Source: Thermodesulfobacteriota bacterium (GTDB lineage Bacteria; Desulfobacterota_D; UBA1144; Nemesobacterales; UBA2774). Taken from it: a DNA stretch of 64,000 nucleotides. The stretch covers positions 640,001-704,000 of the forward strand of contig OY729416.1 in the NCBI GenBank assembly GCA_963422265.1, read 5' to 3'. Below the pieces are notes generated by a model. The model worked only from the letters and a program-made list of their open reading frames with translations. It had not been told where the DNA came from and made no database searches. Of this stretch, positions 59,982 through 64,000 are shown piece by piece; within the stretch, counting starts at the first letter, position 1; each line of letters opens with the position of its first letter. The translations under genes were made by a program, and so were the position numbers.

Positions 59982-60055
59982 GTCCCCGTAGCTCAGCAGG
60001 ATAGAGCACAGGATTCCTAATCCTGGGGTCAGAGGTTCGAATCCTCTCGGGGACG
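59982..60055 (+). tRNA. tRNA-Arg(CCT)
   Basis: GTCCCCG/CGGGGAC acceptor stem, anticodon arm CAGGA-TTCCTAA-TCCTG, GGTTCGAATCC T-loop; CCA not encoded. Confidence 0.96.
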
Positions 60056-60065
60056 CAGTTTCTTT

Positions 60066-60983
60066 ATGGATCAGATACATATAATTTTATTTTACAAATT
60101 CACCGACATAGCCAACCCTGAGGAGTTTGCCAAGTCGCACTTGAGTTTCTGTAAGGGAGAAGAGCTAGTAGGCAAAGTGCTAGTAGCAAACGAGGGCATC
60201 AACGGCTCGCTCTCAGGTTCTAAAGAGCAGGTTGGCAAATATAAAAGATACCTGACGGGAATAGAACAATTCTCGGACGTAGTTTTTAGAGAGGAGACTT
60301 GCTCGTTTCATCCATTTAAGAAAATGGTAGTCCGCGTTAAAAATGAAATAATAAGAATGGAGCAAGAACTAGATTTAACTAAAAGAGGAAAATACATAAC
60401 TCCTGAAGAATTACTTGAGCTTTATGAGACCGATGAAGACTTCATAATCCTAGATGCGCGAAATAGATATGAATCGGAGGTAGGAAGGTTCAAGAACGCT
60501 ATTACCCCTGACATAGAAACCTTTAGAGAATTTCCGGAAGCACTTAAATCGTTTAGCAAAGTAAAGGACAAAAAAATTGTCACCTACTGCACAGGTGGAA
60601 TAAGGTGTGAAAAAGCTACCGCATACATGTTAAAAGAAGGTTTTACAAATGTTTATCAGCTTAAAGGCGGTATTATAAACTTTTGCCAGAAACATCATAA
60701 CACAGTTTGGAATGGAAAATGCTTTGTATTTGATCAAAGACTAATCTCAGACGTCGATCCAGAAAGTGGCTCAATCACAACATGCGTTTCTTGCAACGAG
60801 AGTTGCGACAAGTATCGGAACTGTAAACACGTTGCCTGCGACAATCTGATAATACTATGTGATCTTTGCACTCACAGACTGAATGGATGCTGTTCTCAGG
60901 CTTGCGCTGAAGAATACAGCTCTCATGTAACTAAAAAATCACAAGAAAGACAAGCCCATCATCTTTTAAGAGAAGTTAAGTAG
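60066..60983 (+). CDS. trhO: tRNA uridine(34) hydroxylase (rhodanese-domain, YceA/UPF0176)
   Basis: LFYKF, EGING, DARNRYE..GRF, YCTGGIRCEKA, GKCFVFD.R and a Cys-rich tail. Confidence 0.92.
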   Translation: MDQIHIILFYKFTDIANPEEFAKSHLSFCKGEELVGKVLVANEGINGSLSGSKEQVGKYKRYLTGIEQFSDVVFREETCSFHPFKKMVVRVKNEIIRMEQELDLTKRGKYITPEELLELYETDEDFIILDARNRYESEVGRFKNAITPDIETFREFPEALKSFSKVKDKKIVTYCTGGIRCEKATAYMLKEGFTNVYQLKGGIINFCQKHHNTVWNGKCFVFDQRLISDVDPESGSITTCVSCNESCDKYRNCKHVACDNLIILCDLCTHRLNGCCSQACAEEYSSHVTKKSQERQAHHLLREVK

Positions 60984-61065
60984 AACCAAGAAGAGCGCTA
61001 GATTCCTCGGCTATGCGCAAGTAATGATAATAAGCAGTGGCATACCCTTAGGTTAGATGTCATAA

Positions 61066-64000
61066 TCACTCTACCGTTAGTTTTGCCTTCTTGGCTTTGG
61101 ACTTCTTAGCAATAAACTTTTTAAGTTCCCTTCCATCCGTTTTAAGAAGCTGCTTGAGGCGTGACGCGTTTACCTCAGCAACAATAATATCGCCTACTTC
61201 CATGTGAACGTTCCCATAAATTTGAAGAGCCTGCATACCCTTGGTCTGTTTCTGGTTGTCCTCAGTGGGGCTTACGTAATGGACTGAGATAGCCTTATAC
61301 CTATGAATCAGGAACAAATGTATCAAAGCCATCAATCTCTTCTGGCGATATTTAGCGTCAAACGTATTTTGATCCCTTACGGAAATTGTGGGTTTACCCG
61401 TGCGGTCATGGATCGTAGTGAAGACAACATCCGCTATCTTTTTCTCTTCTTCGTCATAAACCCCTAGTTCAAGGATATCCGAACCAGCGGTATGAGGCCT
61501 TAGCCGAACGTGGAAATATCCAGGGAAATTATTATGAGCCGTCCATAACTCTAGCCACTGCTCTAAAAGTTTAGGTGGCACCTCAGTCTCCACCAAGTGC
61601 TGGACCTGAGTAGAACCCTTACCCATAGCCTTAGTGGTAGCGGTGCGACCCGAAGAAGCAGAAAGGGCGCTATCCAGACGTGGACCACCAACCAAGGTCT
61701 GCGGCGTTTTGTAAGGCGAATCAAGCAGTCTGAACTTCCTCTGCAACCTAGCCAGCGCCAGCATACCATCTTGTCTAAGCGCAGTGGCGAACTCTTCGGT
61801 GGCAAGTCCGTCAATCTGGTGACCTCCGTAAGTAATAAAATCAAAAACGTAACCGAGCTTGCCGATCTCCTCGGGGAAAACTCTCATCTCATCCTCGGTC
61901 ATACCCGTAGTATCCCAGTTGAAGGATGGCGACAAATTGTAAGCAAGCATCTTATCAGGATAGACAGCGTGAATAGCATTGGCGAACTGCCTTGCTTCTT
62001 CTAAATTAGCGGTCTTAGTCTCCATCCATATAAGATCGGCGTAGGGTGCTACTGCTAAGGACTTAGCAATCGCATATTCAATACCGCCTTTCACTTGATA
62101 GTAGCCCTCAGGGGTTCGGGCAAGTTCACAATCCCACGAAGCCTCAACCCCCATTGACCTAGCTTGTTCACGTGCATTGTGAAACGAAGTGTGAGCCGCC
62201 AGCTCAAACCATTCATCAATACTCATACTCAGCTTCCTGCCCTCTTCTATCTGAAATTCCATCTTGTCGGCAACCGCCTGCGCGAACGTCATAAGACCGG
62301 ACTCCACTTCCCATACCTCAACAAACTTTGACACCGCATTGTCAAGCGGCTTGGTAATACTCCTTTCCTGTCCATCTTTAAGTGCCTGAATACTTTCATC
62401 AATAATTAAAGTCAAGCCCACTTGATCAAACCATTTATAAGTCTCTCCATATTCAGAATCAGAAAGTTGATACAAGAGATGACCGTTGACGTCGGTTACA
62501 CCTTTATCAAAGAATCTTTTAAGTATCGCCAGATAACAATTCTTATAGCCAGGTATGTTAATATTTGTAGCTCCAAGGATGAATGGGTGGTCACGCTCGT
62601 CACCCCTTCCGTCAAGAAGGGTCGCCGCCTCGGCATCAGTTCTGGCAACGATAATCCCCGGGACCTTCATAATATCAAGCTGGAATCTAGCGGCGTTTAA
62701 TCTCTTTATTTGCTCGTCAACTGGGACAAGCACTTTACCCCCTTGGTGTCCACACTTTTTTGTGCCGGGCTTTTGATCCTCAATGTGATATCCAGTAACC
62801 CCAACTTCAACAAACCTTCGTATGAGATTCCTCACATGGGCATCTCCGCCATGTCCCGTATCAGCGTCAGCAATAATAAAAGGCCTGTAGTCATAGTGTG
62901 GGGTAGATTTTCTCTCCTTATCAGACATTCTTGACCTTAGAAACGTCTGGTTTTTATCAGCAGTAAGTAGAGCGCGCACTAAAACCGCCGCTTCATCGGG
63001 CACTTGGCTAAGCGGATAGCTCGCCAGATCTGAACCAGGGTCCTCCTGAACGGATCCCTTCGCCGATGTTGCCCATCCCCCCAGGTAGATAGCCTCAACC
63101 CCGATCCTTTTCATGACAACCGCCTGACCCGGAGAGTAAGGACCAAAACTAGTAACCTGCTTGCCCTGTGAAAAGAGAACTCTAAGACGTCTATAAAACT
63201 CCTCAGAATATCTTCTCGCTATAGGATAGTCGTTCTCAAGAGTGCCCCTCTGCTGCACAACTTGGCGGGCGGAGTAAAGACGTCTAATACCCTTAAACCG
63301 AGGCCTCGCAAACCATTCTTTTGTTGCTTGCACTTCTCTTTCAAATGAATCAAGCTCATCCTCATAAAAAGTATCAAAACCACCTTCAGGCATAAAGTCT
63401 AAATTCTCGGTAATTCTACTTCCATCCTTCTTAAACGCGTCCATATATTGCTTTATTCTTATTTTAGCAGTAGGCAGATCGTGGTTGTTTAAGTTAATAT
63501 TCAACAGGTCAATATACCAAGGCGTTTTAACATCATCCTGAACGTAAGTCTCTACTATTTCCCTCGCAATCGGCAACGTAGTAGGCTTGGAGTTATCATG
63601 AACATCTTTGTCCTTTGCTTTAAGAAGCTTGTCGTATTCCTCGGCTAAGAGCTTTTTGAAGAGTCCAACCGTGAACACGTCTTCCTTATTCACTTTCGTT
63701 TCTTTGTCAGCTTCTGTAAGCTTTGCGCCCTTATGTACCCACTCCCAGAGTATGCTCAGGCGAATCTCCCCTGTGGCAGCGTCTTCCATAAGATAGAGTA
63801 TATTATCGTCACCAAAGAAATCCGCTGGCTTAAGAGCCGCTGCCTGAAAGCCCTGGCCAAAGGCGTTACCATATTGAAGCGCCACGCTAATCAAATTCCT
63901 CGCTCCCCTAATTGTTCTTGGCGCCGTTTCGAGAAGCCTAAGTCCATCGGCGTCCTGATCAGTATAAGTGAGAATAGGGAAACTTCTTCCAAGCTGATTG
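61066..64000 (-). CDS. Partial (5'-truncated) malate synthase-isocitrate lyase fusion protein
   Basis: Frame is open to the window edge. It reads NQL...[15 protein letters not shown]...[18 protein letters not shown] (malate synthase C-terminus), then with no stop codon a full isocitrate lyase ([45 protein letters not shown]) and an Icl2-like C-terminal domain. Confidence 0.88.
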   Translation of the reverse strand, partial: NQLGRSFPILTYTDQDADGLRLLETAPRTIRGARNLISVALQYGNAFGQGFQAAALKPADFFGDDNILYLMEDAATGEIRLSILWEWVHKGAKLTEADKETKVNKEDVFTVGLFKKLLAEEYDKLLKAKDKDVHDNSKPTTLPIAREIVETYVQDDVKTPWYIDLLNINLNNHDLPTAKIRIKQYMDAFKKDGSRITENLDFMPEGGFDTFYEDELDSFEREVQATKEWFARPRFKGIRRLYSARQVVQQRGTLENDYPIARRYSEEFYRRLRVLFSQGKQVTSFGPYSPGQAVVMKRIGVEAIYLGGWATSAKGSVQEDPGSDLASYPLSQVPDEAAVLVRALLTADKNQTFLRSRMSDKERKSTPHYDYRPFIIADADTGHGGDAHVRNLIRRFVEVGVTGYHIEDQKPGTKKCGHQGGKVLVPVDEQIKRLNAARFQLDIMKVPGIIVARTDAEAATLLDGRGDERDHPFILGATNINIPGYKNCYLAILKRFFDKGVTDVNGHLLYQLSDSEYGETYKWFDQVGLTLIIDESIQALKDGQERSITKPLDNAVSKFVEVWEVESGLMTFAQAVADKMEFQIEEGRKLSMSIDEWFELAAHTSFHNAREQARSMGVEASWDCELARTPEGYYQVKGGIEYAIAKSLAVAPYADLIWMETKTANLEEARQFANAIHAVYPDKMLAYNLSPSFNWDTTGMTEDEMRVFPEEIGKLGYVFDFITYGGHQIDGLATEEFATALRQDGMLALARLQRKFRLLDSPYKTPQTLVGGPRLDSALSASSGRTATTKAMGKGSTQVQHLVETEVPPKLLEQWLELWTAHNNFPGYFHVRLRPHTAGSDILELGVYDEEEKKIADVVFTTIHDRTGKPTISVRDQNTFDAKYRQKRLMALIHLFLIHRYKAISVHYVSPTEDNQKQTKGMQALQIYGNVHMEVGDIIVAEVNASRLKQLLKTDGRELKKFIAKKSKAKKAKLTVE

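Overview
Bacterial chromosomal window of moderate GC that is mostly core housekeeping genes. The gene content resembles a Desulfobacterota/'Dadabacteria'-like organism; this is an inference and is not verified. Core genes include nnr-tsaE-lysC-cimA, nth, ferredoxin, secG-tpiA, def, IHF/HU, nlpD-like-apt-aroB-trmB, tRNA-Ser, SRP RNA-dnaX-ybaB-recR, der, phaR, proS, exbBD, recN, proA, glnE, priA, an mntR-mntABCD operon and tRNA-Arg-trhO. Accessory DNA is limited to a DUF4160/DUF2442 pair, a decayed methyltransferase plus HNH restriction-modification islet after tRNA-Ser, and a mosaic of REP-like palindromes. The most notable items are: (1) a malate synthase-isocitrate lyase fusion with an Icl2-type C-terminal domain, running off the right edge; (2) a GNAT/acyl-synthase fused to a class V PLP enzyme; (3) an apt gene that apparently starts at ATA; (4) a candidate structured RNA at about 39.3-39.5 kb; (5) a Cys/His-rich small ORF missing from the ORF track; (6) a lone UvrD-nuclease fusion; and (7) metal permeases carrying winged-helix tails. 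No CRISPR array, rRNA, intact transposase or integrase was seen.
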